A DNA stretch of 60,000 bases from Felis catus (lineage: Eukaryota). The DNA lies in assembly GCF_018350175.1 (NCBI RefSeq), contig NC_058383.1, positions 7,566,001 to 7,626,000 on the forward strand, read 5' to 3'. Shown piece by piece: positions 9,271 to 21,700 of the stretch. The notes below the pieces were generated by a model, which made no database searches, was not told the DNA's origin, and saw only the letters and a program-made list of their open reading frames with translations. The position numbers and the translations under genes are program-made. Numbering within the stretch: position 1 is the first letter of the stretch; every line of letters begins with the position of its first letter.

Positions 9271-11869
9271 TCCCAAGGGAAAGGGCTTTAGGCAACCCCC
9301 AGAGGGAGAGGGCTGTATCAGATGGACTGCCTGGGGGGCTCAGAGCCCCCCGGGGCAGAGCGGGGTCTGGCTGGTGCCAGGCAGACGGAAAGGAGACAGT
9401 GCCTAGGGGGTGCTGGTCTGAAAGATATACACCGCCCCCCAGGGCAAAGCCTGGCTGCTATTGGCTCCTCAGGGACACGGGGACCCCCTCCCACCAACCT
9501 CCATGGTGGGCGGGAATTCCCAGACACGGTCAGTGCCAATGTCCCCTTCTCACCCTGGCACCAATCCCAGAGCAGAGGGAAGGGGGCAGGCTGAGGGAAG
9601 TCAGCTGGTGGGCTGGGTCGGGGGAGGGACTCCGGGGCCTGAGGCTTGGGTCAGAGAGGGGTGTGAAGGGTGAGGGACAGCCTGGCCTAGGGAGACGTCC
9701 CCACTTCTCCACCCATCCCATCCCCTCTGAACTAACACTGGTCTCCCTCAAGCCCTCCGCTCCACTCTGCTGGGATGGGGGTGGGTGGTGTGGTGTTTCG
9801 GATTAACTTGTCATCTTCCTTGGACTTGTAAGCACCCCCTGCCCCAGACACAAAGCCCACATCATGGGTGACCCTGGGGCCTGGCCAGAAGGTCTCTGAG
9901 GGAGAAGAATGGAAAGGTTACCAAAGCAATGAAAACAGAGCCCTGATAAACAAGCACAGCCTATGGATCTGGAACCGGGGTCTCGGGTCTGGGGTCTTGG
10001 AGGGAACAAAGACTTGAGAGGAGGTGGGAAAGTGAGGCTGGAGATGGGACATGGAGAATTGGAGCAAGGGTTTTGAAGGCCCTTGGGAGCCAATGATAGG
10101 GGAGAGCAGGCCTGGCTGCAGTTTGTTAAGCGGCCACCAGAGGTCGACTCAGGCCTGGCCGAACGGTTCCAGGGCCGGCCTCAGGATCCCTCAAGCAAGT
10201 CTTGCCCCTCTGAGGCCACGGGAGGCCAAGAGTCTGCACAAGTCTCTCGGCCTCGCCCTATCCCCCAAGTCTCCCTCTTGTCACCACTTGGGTCTCAGCC
10301 TCCTGCTTCATGCCCTAGCTCATGACCCGCACCTGACCAACCTCTCCCTCAGCCACCTCAGCCCTGGGGCCACCTCTACACCCAGGCCCGCCCCCCCTTG
10401 TGCTGCAGGATCACCCATGATCCTGTCCTCCAGCCCTCAGCTTTGCCCCCCTCAGAGTGGGTGATCTCAACATGCGGCATCCTGCACTCCTGTGCTCCGG
10501 TTGCAAGCCCTTTCTCCTGATGGTCGGTTCCAACTCGCTTCCCTGTGGGGGGAATTAGCACTCAATTCAAGGTGACCCTTGGATGAGGCCCTGCAGCCAG
10601 GAAGGGAGCATAAGGGAGCTGGGAATTTTCCATTTCCTGTCCAAGCTCTGGGTGCAGAAGGCGCTGACAGGTGGAGTAACCAAGGGGGTGACAGGGCCTG
10701 AGAGAGCAGGACAAGGGTGGGATGGGCGAAGGACACCAGGGACTCCTGGGGTTGGGGGGACAGGACAAGTTTAAGAGTGGAGGGTGAGCCAGCCAGCTGG
10801 AGAGCCATGGCAATTTTCAAGCTATTTCAATCTGAGACACCTGGGTGGAGCCTGGGCCACCACAGGTCACCGCCCCCTGCCCCCCTCCCCAGTACACACA
10901 AGACACACAGAGACCAAAGAGGGGAAGATTCACAGGAATAGGAACACTGGCCTTGCTTGGCGGACACTCAGGTAAAGATGCCAAGTAAGTTGTTTGTTCT
11001 TGCCAGAAATAAAGGAATAATACAACAATAAACATTTGTTGGCTGATAGATGACTATCTCCTGTTTGTCTAGTGCCGGAGAATTTTTGACAGCACTTTCC
11101 ACTGTCACATTCTAACGTTAATACTTCAAGGGACCAGGACTCTGGCCGGCAACCCAAACGCTCCCCTTGAGAGCGCCCAGAGCAAGCAAGCTGCAGGCAC
11201 TGTGCCGGAATCCCTGGGCAGGGCCAGGACCAGGAAGCTTGAAGTTAGCTGGGTGGGATCAGCCCCCACCACAAACCCAAAAGGCGACTGTGTGAATTAG
11301 AACAAAATGCCCCCCTTTTCAAGACACTTAGTGCCATCTTTCAGAAAACTCACATGACTTCCAAGTTTTGATGACAGTGATTTCAAATGTGAGCGGTGCC
11401 CCCTGGGGTTGTGCATGCATGGTATGCACAACTGGGGACTCTGGCTCTGTAGGACCCTTGGGTCTTGGGGCAAGGACAGCCCTAGAGGCTGGTCTTCCTT
11501 TTTGAAGGTCAAATGAAACATCCTCAAAATGAGGACCAGATGAAGAAGCGGGACACCTGGAAGAGGTGGAAAGGTTCTGATTCTGGGGACAAGGGCCAGC
11601 TCTACTCCCTAGCTATGTTCGGAGGAGCCCGCAGGGGATGGGCCTGAGGCCAACAAAGTGGCATCCGGCTGCCCTCTCTATACTCCCTCCCGGATCTGTG
11701 GTGCCTTTGGGGTGGGGCCAGGCCAGAGTGGGGGGTGGGGCAGGGGGGTTGGCTCCTTGCCCAGCTTGGGAGAGCTGTCCCTGCCTCTGTCCTGGAGAGA
11801 AAGGGCATCCTAGAGAGGGCTGCCTCCTCCTCTTCTCTTGGGACATAGGCATCCCAGTAGGAGAGTGGA

Positions 11870-12060
11870 GAATGTGGCTTTGGGGTCAGACCCAGGCTCC
11901 GAATGCAGTCCTGTCACTTACTAGCTCGGTGACCTTGAGCAGGTTTCTAAAACCTTTCTTCTCTGAGTCTCAGTTTCTTCATCTGGAAAGTGGGGATCAT
12001 GGGGTTGCTTTAGTGAGGTGAGAGGTAGCACCTGACCCAACGGAGGCACTAGATAAATAA
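11870..12060 (-). mobile_element. MIR
   Basis: cacttactagctcggtgaccttgagcagg ... tctgagtctcagtttcttcatctggaaagtgggg. Confidence 0.75.
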
Positions 12061-14014
12061 ATGTACTTTTTCTTTCCCAAGTCCCTGGGATTCATTCCCT
12101 ATAATGCCTGGAATCCCCATGCTGGCCATCTACCCACACATTCCCTCATCCACCCAACTATTTATCCATCTATCCACTTATTCAAGTACCTTCCAACTGC
12201 CAGGCCCTGTTGTGGACACATGGTTCTTGCCACCCAGCAGTACATGAGCAGTCTGAATTCACCAGGCACCCTCTGTTCTCCCATCCCCAGATTCTGAGAT
12301 TGGCAGGCACCCCCCATTCGCCATCTGAGATCCAGGCACTCAACTCCCCAGCCCACTTTCTCTTTGAAAGGGAGGTTCCATGCCACTCAGACCCTGTTCT
12401 CCTGCCAGCTCTGGGCACACCAGAGAGGTGAGGTGGGGGCCACATGGCTCATCCCAGGGGACCAAGGGGAATGGCCCAACCCAATCCTACTGGCCCAGCA
12501 GGGTGGGGCAGGAGAGGGGCTGGGCTGGGCCAGAGCCCCAGAGGCTTGGAGTGGAGCAGGATAAAGTGAAGCCTGGGTGCCTGACCGGTCAGACTGGGGT
12601 GTGGGGAGGGAGTGGGACAGAGGGAGGGAGGGAGGGAGGGGACAAGCCAAAAGAATAGAGCTGAGGAGGCTCCTGGAGGCAGAGCCCTCTAAGAAGGAGA
12701 AGTAGGAGGTTGGTTCTGAAATCAACATGGGTGGGGAGGGACAGGGAGCCCTCATGCCAGGGAACCTCCCAGTGGGAGGGAATAAGGGTGGGAAGCTCTG
12801 AGAATAGCAGCCATGGGGGCAGGTGACTCCCCGGCCCTGGCCAACCTCACACCTCACCTCATACATTCCTGAGAGCGGGGGAGCCCAGAAGCAGCAATGC
12901 CCTGCCCCACTGTGTCCCTCACTCTGGAGGAGCCACCACCAGGCCCCTCGCCCTCCATCCCACTGGCTCCTGGCCACCCCTTCTCTTTCCTCTCTGCCTC
13001 CCGCCTCTCCCCAAGGCCACGAGCTCTTTTCTTTGGTGAGACTTAGTCCCTGATTCGGGGTGGGGTGGCGCCATGAAAGACACAAGCAGGCAGGAGAGAC
13101 TCCCTTCTAGAATAGGTCTCCCCATCACCCATAAAACTCAAGGCTAAGCCCCACCCCTTATTTCCTTCCAAACAGGAAGTCCCTCCCCCCCGAGCCTCAA
13201 ACAGGAAGTCCCACTCCTCCCTCCAAAATAAAAGTGGTGACTCCCCAGCCTTTCTATCAGTCCCCAGCCAGAAGGGAGCTGCGTGCCTATCTGACTCGCA
13301 ATTTCGTTCCTCCCTTTTCAGCTTGCTGACATTCCTATGTTGAAACCTGGCCCTCGAAACAGGAAGTTCTGCCCACCGTGCCGCCAAACTGAACGCACAT
13401 TCTCCCCTGAAGGGCAAACTCCTGCAGATCCTGCTCTCCTGTGCCTCCCCTGTGCCCCACAGCCATCCTCTCCAGATTCTGGCTTGGTGGCTGCAGGGAG
13501 GACTCAGCCCTCCTGGTGTTCCGAGCACAGAGAGCAGAACCTCAGGGACGTGCTTTCTTGGCACTAGAAGTCCTAGGATCCTAAAGTAGTGTACACAGTG
13601 TCTGAGGATGTTACCTCCAAAGGCTGGCGTTCCATTCTCCTCAGTAGGGAGAAGGAGGTGGGAACCCGGAGGAGACCCAGTCCCTATTTGCCTCTCCAGC
13701 GCACTTGCCAGTAAATTCTTAGGGTTGGCCAAATGATCGCTAAATCTGCAAGAGCTCTGGAATTTGACAACAATGACTCCCTTCAAACTCTAAAAAAAAA
13801 GTCTATGATTTGACAATCCTAAGCCAGGGAGTCCCACCCAGCTCTCTCCACAGAGAGGGAGTGGGTCCCAAATCAACTTTGCCCAGTGGTTGTGCCCAGG
13901 CCAGGTTTCACTGTTGAAGAGGTCCTCTCCAAGTTCAACTTGGGGGAAGGACACCTACCAGGCAGTTTCATGCAGTTGGCCCAGGTGCTGGGTGGAGATC
14001 TAGAGCCCACCTAC

Positions 14015-14181
14015 CTATCATCATCGCTGTCCAGGTGGCCACTGATGGCCAGCATGGAGCGGGCCAGGCTGAGGCTCTGGGCTGCTGCTGCTCCAAAGGG
14101 GTCTGGAGACTTGTGAACCAGACTGGCATCGGGGAACAAGTAAAGGGCTGGGGAGCCGGGGCGAGAGTCGAGTGGGGGCAC
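14015..14181 (-). CDS. TSC22D4: TSC22D4 coding exon [11 protein letters not shown]...GHLDSDDD
   Basis: ctctctgcctccag acceptor 14182-14183, GTAGGT donor at 14014 (phase 2); frame joins both neighbours. Confidence 0.95.
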
Positions 14182-14539
14182 CTGGAGGCAGAGAGGTAGG
14201 AATCATCACATCAAGCGCAGGAAAAGAACCGGCCACCTTACAGCTTGCCTAGTAGTCTTCCTCATCTCTCCCCACATACATCCGTTCTCTTCCGAGGACC
14301 CAGGAGTCCTGACCCAAAGCCCTTCTCTCGTGCCCAGGTCTGGTGAAGGCATTAGGCAGGTATCAGAGGCAAGGGAAACAGTGTGCATCCCTAAGACTGA
14401 GTGTGAGCAGCTTCCAAAAAGTGGCTCACGGGGTACTAGAGTACTAGAGAGGGGGTCTGGCAGGCACTCCGGTACCCTTCCACCAGCTGAACCAGGACCC
14501 CCCAACCAGAGGCTAGTCAGAGAGTGTCTGGGCCTTCTG

Positions 14540-14770
14540 TCATCTGACTTACTAAAGCAACTCAAATGTCACTTCCTCAGAGAGGCAGTTCCCCATCACT
14601 GGACTAGTGAATTCCACTGAACTGTTCTATGTGTGTTTTTTTGTTTGTTTTTTTATAGCACCTAATAGTATCTGAAATTAAAGTATTTTTGCCTCCCTGC
14701 TACTAAAAGGTAAGCTCTAGAGGGTAGAGCTTATAGTTTGTTCAATAACTATTTGTAGAATGAATGAATC
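14540..14770 (-). mobile_element. L2 3' fragment
   Basis: ctcaaatgtcacttcctcagagaggc ... gtaagctctagagggtagag ... caataactatttgtagaatgaatgaat. Confidence 0.65.
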
Positions 14771-16282
14771 CTCAGAAACTGGTCCTCCGCCCCCCCCCCC
14801 CCATCTTTTCTAGTCTCTACTCTCAAACTTCTCAGATTCAGGTGAGGTTCTGCTCCTGCACTGGGCCCTGGGGGTGGGGGGAGCGGTTAGGTTGCGGAGA
14901 TGGGGGGAGAGGTGGAGCCTGGGCATGGTCCCACACAGCCCAACAGGCGCTGGGGGTGGCTGCAAAAGGGCGGGGGCCACAGGAACAAGACGCCTCTGTG
15001 AGGCCCCAGGAGGCCCCTGCTTCTCGGAAAAGCCAAGAACAGAGAGTCCAGAGTGGTTAGAAGGACACAGCAGAGGAAGGGGGCCCAGGTGGTGTCCCCC
15101 CGCCCTCCTCCCAGCCTCTCTCCTGAGAGAGGGGAGCCAGACTTCGGGGCACGTGCACACAGGATGTGGGTTGAGGAGAGGGGTCTGGGGGCACTAAGGA
15201 CAGACGGGCAGGGTCTGCAGGTCCAAGGGAAGCTTGGCCAGGGCTTAATGACAGAGGGACTGGGGCAAAGGGGACTTGCTTTGTAACAGCATGGGGACAG
15301 GGACCAGTAAAGGAAACAGCATCTTCTCCCCTGGAGTAAGAACTGACTCAAGAAAAGTAGGGGGCGCAGCATGAGAGATGTGAGCTTGAGGCCAGGAGGG
15401 GGTGGGGGAGCCGGTCCTGACCGGTCCTGACAGGGCCCAGACATCCAGTCCCAGGTTATTTTTATACTGTGGTTTGTGCCCAAGGCCAGGAAGGGGGAAA
15501 AGTTCTCATTCTCACACTCCCTGCCTTTTCTTCTGCAGTCCAAGGTGTTATTTTCTCCTTCAGGACAGACACATCCATCCCCCACACCCCTGGCTGCCCA
15601 CCCCCACCCCAGGGACCCAAGCATCCTGCCCCCCAGCCCAGACTTGTTCCTCTTTTGGAGACAGGAAGCAGAAAGAGCAAAGGATTTAACTCTCTCTAGG
15701 CTGCTTCCTGCTTTTCTCCCATTCCCCCGTGGCCACCCCCAGTTATCAGTCGTGGAGAGGCCTAGATGCAGGGTCCCAAGACACACAAGTCAGCCAGGGA
15801 GACAGTGGGACGACCACTTTCTACCCCTCCCTGCCAACCTCGGCAGCTCCCAGAGGCCCAAGCACCCAGGCCCACCTAGGACCTCCACCCTCAATGCCTG
15901 AAGCCAGAAGGGGTGAAACCAAGACAGAAGGTAAGGGCCAAAGTGAGGAGGCCACATCTCTGTGATGGAGAGACAGGACTGGGCTATTAGGAAACGGAGA
16001 CCTGGGCCAAAGGTAACAAATTAAAGGCTAAAGAGAAAGAAAGAAGGTGCAGAATGTAGGGGAAGAAGGAGCCTGAGAAAGAAAAGAAAGGCTGTGTGGG
16101 GAGAAGGATGGGCTTCCCAGGGAAAGGGCAGGAAGAGAAAAGAGAGGCTACCTGATGGGACAGACAGGTGGGGAGAGGGTGGCATGGAGGTGGAGGCAGG
16201 AAGGCCCAGGCTGGGGACCCAGGCTGAGATGGGCAAGCACCACCCCTCAGGTGTCTCCCCCATCCCAGAACCCAGCTCTTAC

Positions 16283-17044
16283 CTGCCCCATCTCCTCTGG
16301 AGCGACCAACTCCATCCTCAGCCGCAGGGCTCCATCCTTTGACCGGGACAGGGGAGAGGTCCCTGTTGCTGAGCCCCCAGCCTCCACTTCCACCCTCAGG
16401 GATGGCAGGGGCGTGGCAGCCCGGGATGGGCCCGCGCTATCCCCAGTCCGGGGCTCTGGGGGGCGCTGCTGGGGTGGGGAGGCTGACAGTGGGGGTGTCT
16501 CCACCTTGGCCTTGCCAGGCATTGCCAGCTGGCCCAGCCCCCCGGTTAAGGAGCGGGCCTGAGGTCCAGGGGAGGTGGGGGGCGGACGGAGCCAGGAGGT
16601 GGGGCCCTGAGACAGGCCTGGCTGTGGAGTTGGGGCACCCAGGCCCAAGCTGGCCAGCTCCAACCTGGAATCCAGAGATCTGCCCCCAGTGCCTCCTGAG
16701 GCCCCTCGAATTCCCTCCAGGAGGCGGCCAAAGCCTGGGGGCTCCAGGTCTCTCTCGTAAACATCCACACACGTCCAACGGCCTCGGCGGTAAGGCTCTC
16801 CCAGGCCGTGGGGCAGCTTTACCACCCGGAAACGGGAGGCAGGGGCCCCAGGCGGTGGGGAGCCATTCCGGGGGGTGCTCTTGCCCCCCTGCTCGGGGTT
16901 GGGCTCCCCATTAGGCAGGCGGGGTGGGGGCCCCGTGGGGGTGGGCAAGGCAGGGGGCTCAGAACCCCCTGGGCTCCCTGGGCCCTCATAGTCCGTGGTG
17001 ACGCTGGTGATTTGGAAACTACTCTTCTTCTTGCCCCCACTCAT
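16283..17044 (-). CDS. TSC22D4: TSC22D4 first coding exon, [15 protein letters not shown]...EEMGQ
   Basis: Long-TSC22 motifs [11 protein letters not shown] and SRFRVVKL...[19 protein letters not shown] donor at 16282; exon acceptor probably at 17317-17318 after a (TC)n tract. Confidence 0.97.
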
Positions 17045-17320
17045 GGTCCCTGGGGCTAGGACTCGGCCAAGGTGGGCGGGGGTGCAGCTGGGGCTCCTCG
17101 AAGGGGCTCAGGCACCCCTGGAACAGGGGGGCCACATGGCGGGGGCATCAGGGCCCCTGGGGACATCTGGGTCCGACATGGCCGGAGGGCCCTGCAGGAA
17201 CTGGGGGTGCTGGGTTGGTGAAGGGAGCACAGGGCAGGGGAGGCGGCAGGAGGTGGGGGCAGGGGCAGGTTTTTCCTGCCGCTGGCGCTGCCCAACTCCA
17301 GAGCTGAGTTTGCAAACTGG

Positions 17321-17357
<37 letters not shown>

Positions 17358-17549
17358 GAGAAAGCAGTGGGCAGGCCACCTCTGGGGCTTCCTCTCTGGG
17401 GAGCAGAATGGGGGAGGAAGGGGAAACCGCCAGAGACCCAGAGACAAAGAGACAGAGACGAAAGAGACCAGGAGATCCCAGCCGTCCCACAGAGTAGGAA
17501 GAGGCAGCCCAGACCCAAAGTTGGGCATTTCTTCCCTGGGATTCAAACT

Positions 17550-18520
17550 CGCAAGACCCAGTTACCCGAGGGCGGGGGGCTCCGGGGCCTTGGTTGAGCA
17601 GGGGTGAAGCAGTTTTTCAGCCTGGCCCCGCCGCTGAGAGGCCTCTGCCGGGTGTCCGGGCCCCCGCACCCCAGCTCCCCCATCCCTGGGGCAGGCCCTG
17701 CCCCGCTGCCCCAGCGCCCCGCCCAGCCCAGAGTCATACCTCTCGGCCTCGGCCACCGAGCTGGGCCGGGGGTCCCGGCCGCCTAAGATGTCGGGTTGTC
17801 CTTCCCCTGGGGCCTCTTGGCCCCAGCAGCGCGGGGGGCGCAGGCGGGAATCAGAGGCTGTCCAGTTCTCTTCGGGGACCGCACTTTGCCCCACAAGGCA
17901 TCTCAGTAAAAAGTTTGCTCTCCGGAAAAGAAGGATCCCCCGCCTCCTTGGTGGAACCCAGGCGCGGCCTCTGAAGCCCCAAGGGTCTCCAGACCGGTGC
18001 GGGAAGAGGCGGCTCTGCCCCCCCCCCCGCCCCCCGCCCCCGATCCTCCAGGTGGAGCCGCCTGGGTGGTTGGGGCGAGTGGGTCTCCCAAAACTCCTCC
18101 GCGTGGCACGGCTGGGTCTCTCTTCGCTTCTCGGCTCCTCTCGGTTCTGTCTCTCTGCCTTTCTCTTTCTGGGCTGTTGACAACCCCCACACCAGGAAGT
18201 CCTGCCTCCTCGGGCCTGCTGACTGCTCCTCTCCTCCTCCTCCTCCTCCTCCTCCTTCCCCTCTTCCTCCCCTTCCTCCGCCCTCACTGCCTCCTGGGGC
18301 TCCTGGCCAGCTGGCCCGGGGCCAGGCCTGCCAGCACCGCTGCTGGTGGAGTTGCTGCTGCTGCGGCGGCGGCGGCGGCGGCGGCTGCTCCCGGGGCCCC
18401 CAGAACCGGCTTAACCCCACACCTGCTGGGCTGTAGCCCAGCGCTTCCTCGGAGGGAGGGGTTGCGGAGGGCGGAGAGAAAGGGGAGGAGCTTGCGGGTA
18501 GGCCAGGGATTCCCTTACTT
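17550..18520 (-). promoter_or_regulatory. CpG island, TSC22D4 promoter and non-coding first exon(s)
   Basis: Dense CpG, GC boxes, (CGG)7 at 18364-18384, (CCT)n; candidate minus-strand donors at 17739, 18287, 18518 (true one undetermined). Confidence 0.75.
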
Positions 18521-19605
18521 GTAGGCACTTGCTGCCATTGGCCTACCGATCCACAGAAGAGTGGGAAGGAATTTACCCGGGACTCTACTGGGTGCCACCC
18601 CATGAGCACCCAGTCAGTGTTTGGGTGCTGCTGCAGCTGTTAATGTATCTTTACTGGTTTCTACAGTAACGGTATGAGGAAGGTCCCGTTACCCTTCTCT
18701 GTCCTTATTTTAAAAAGTGGATTATTATGACAATCTGCAAACATGCCCCCAAGTAGAGAGGATGTGATAAAGTCCCAGGTACCCATCATGCAATTTCCAC
18801 AATGATCAACTCACAACCAACCTTGGTTCATCTATACTCCCAATATCTTTTGTTGCATTGTGCTGGAGTATTTGAACCAAACCCCAGGCACCGTAGTATT
18901 CCTCTTTTTGGATGTGGATATTGAGACCCTGGAGGTTCAGAAGGCTGTCAGTGGTGCAGCTGGGACATCCTGCACACTCAGGTGTGCCCTTGTCTGGCCC
19001 TCCCGTGGAGAAACAAAGATGTGCTCAGAAAGGTGCCCACTTGGACTTGCACTTTCTCTCCAACCCTGGTCACCTATACATGTGTGCATATGCACACACA
19101 GCCACCCACACAGATGCACCTGAAGACAAACCCAGGGGGCCTAAAGCACCCCACCTCTCCCATCCCCTCCCTCCTTCACCATGGAGAATCCTCACACAGG
19201 CTTGAAGGGTTTACTGAGTGCTAGGTTTGAAAAAATAAGCCCCAACCGCCATTTTCTCTTTTTTGGCACCCTCAATCAACCATCTGAGCAAAAGCAGTGT
19301 CTAAACTGTGAAGGCCACAACTGCCTTCACTCTTGGGCTCATTAGGAAATGGATTCTGATTCATTTTGGTCAAATAGAACTATTCTTGAGCACATTAAAA
19401 ATTCCTCATAATGGTCGGCTTTACATAGTTATCTCATGGATTTTCAAAGCATGAGGCTAAGCTGCAGGGTTTAGCTCCAGTGTTTCTGCCGAGGTAACTG
19501 GGGCTCCTAGGCATTCGGTTATCTGCCCTAGGCCTCGGAGCTAGTATTTGATGGCATGGAGACCAGGACTGGCTGACACATCCCCTTCTTCTTCAGCTCA
19601 TGGAA

Positions 19606-19830
19606 ATTTTTTTTTTAATTTTTTTTTCAATGTTTATTTATTTTTGGGACAGAGAGAGACAGAGCATGAACGGGGGAGGGGCAGAGAGAGAGGGAGACAC
19701 AGAATCGGAAACAGGCTCCAGACTCCGAGCCATCAGCCCAGAGCCCGACGCGGGGCTCGAACTCACGGACCGCGAGATCGTGACCTGGCTGAAGTCGGAC
19801 GCCTAACCGACTGCGCCACCCAAGCGCCCC
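19606..19830 (-). mobile_element. Young SINEC_Fc
   Basis: Full body; TSD CTCATGGAAATTTTT on both sides. Confidence 0.95.
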
Positions 19831-20619
19831 AACTCATGGAAATTTTTAACCACTCTTCAGGGTTAGGGGAAAAAAATAATGCCTCCTGCCTCCACGTTTA
19901 TATATTTATTCTGTATTTCTTTATTAAAATGCATCTGCACTCTGCCTCTATCCCTCCATGGTAACAATAGCTACCACAGCCAGGTCCCAGGCCCTCCCAA
20001 GTCCTGAGGTCCAGGAAGCAGCCGCCCACACAAACCCCCCACTCCTCAACTCTCTCCCCTTTGGCAATATTCAGAACACCGCCCTGCTGCTCCGCCCCCA
20101 GATCCTCCTTCCTTCAGCGCTGACTCGCTACAAACTATTCGAAATTTATCTTTGGACGCTCCCCGTCCTACGAACTCAGACACTCGGCCTCAACTTGGAC
20201 TCCTCCGCGTCTACAGGCCCTGGGACATTGCTGGTCCCGGCGCCAAGTGTTTATTGCATGAATACATAAAAATTCATTCACACTAAGGTGTAAATGTGAA
20301 AGGGCTGTTATGTATTTTAATGGGTTACCTTTGGGGGGGGGGACAATAATACCCCTTTAATGTATTTTACGACTTACAAATCTCCTTGTATTAATTCTTT
20401 TGCTGCCCCAACAACTTTAGGGAGGTAAATATGAGATGAGGCATCTTTCAGAGAGGTTGTGTGATTTGCCCAAAGCCACACAGCACATCTGCAAAGATCT
20501 GCCATATAAGGTAACGTGCACAGGTTCCGGAAATTAGGGGTGGATATCTTTCGGGGGTCCCTTTTTCAGCCACTTAGGGGTAGAACCCAGGTCTTCTTGC
20601 AGCTAATGTGTGGCAAAGG

Positions 20620-21700
20620 GATTTCCGAGGGAGGATTCCTCCGAGCTGAAGAGAAATATGATGGGGGACTGAGGAAGTGGGCGCGAGCTCGCGACCCTGA
20701 ACGGCCGCCTCGTCCGCACCCGGACCGTTGCTACGGTGGTCCCAGTCAGAGGTCGACCCCTGGGGCACCCAGGACCTGGCGGGCGCCGCTGCCGAGTCAA
20801 AAATTACTGGGGAAGGATGATTTGGGCTCCGGGGGCGGACTGGAGTAAGCCTTTGAGCTCAGGCGGTGAAACGAGGTCCGGGCGCCCGTGAGTCTTCAGG
20901 GATAGGCGAGTCAGCTCCGGTGCCTTCCCCGCACCTGGGGGGGGGGCGGCAGGAAGATGGGGTGCAGCCAAGGGAGCTCGCCCCCTGCTGGGCAGAGACT
21001 CGGAGGGTCGGGCTCGCTACTCTCCGAGCCCCTCGGCCTGGAAAGCGGCACCCCCTGCCGGCCTCGTCACCCCACTGCACTCAGGGCCCCGCAGCCGCAG
21101 CCTCGTCCCGGCCCCACGCGGGGTGCGCACCCGGGAAGCGCCGAGCGCGCACGGGGTACGCGCGGGGGTGCAGGACCCGGGCTGCCACCGGGGGGCGCCG
21201 CTACGCGCTGCGCCCCACTTTGCTCCGCCGGGGCTTTGGACACCGAACCAAACACCGCCCAGCCGTGCAGGGGCAGAGGGGCGACGAAGAGCGGACGCCT
21301 CAAAGCGGGGGCGGGCCGGCGCCAGGTCCCCCGCGCCCCGCGCCCTTTCTCCGAGTCTTCCCCCCCCCCCCCCCCCCCCCCCGCAGGCTCCGCGGGCTCG
21401 GCGTCCTCCGTGCCTCCCACCCCAGCCTGGCGGCGCAGCGCGGCGCGGCCGCTCCCACTCCGTCCTTGGAGGGTGTGGAAGGGTGGGTTTGGGGCCGGGG
21501 GCGGGTCTGGGGGCGGACCCGGAGGCGGGGCTGTCTCTGCGGCAGGGCCCAGCTCGGCTCCCCCCGGTCTCTCTCTGTCTCTCCTCCTCCCTCCTCCTGC
21601 TCCGGGCGGAGCCCGGCATGGGGGGGCCGGCGCCCGGCAGGCCAGGTACGGTGATGTGGAAATTGGGGAGCCTTGGTGCGGGGAGGTTTGATGGGGGGAC
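20620..21700 (+). promoter_or_regulatory. CpG island, NYAP1 promoter and non-coding exon 1 (donor CAG|GTACGG at 21645)
   Basis: Very dense CpG, GC boxes, C23 run at 21360-21382, donor upstream of the exon-2 acceptor at 22926-22927. Confidence 0.8.

Noticed and set aside
14887..15786. 299-aa minus-strand ORF in a TSC22D4 intron
   Set aside because: No homology or compatible splice signals recognised, unlike the 9023-9270 exon
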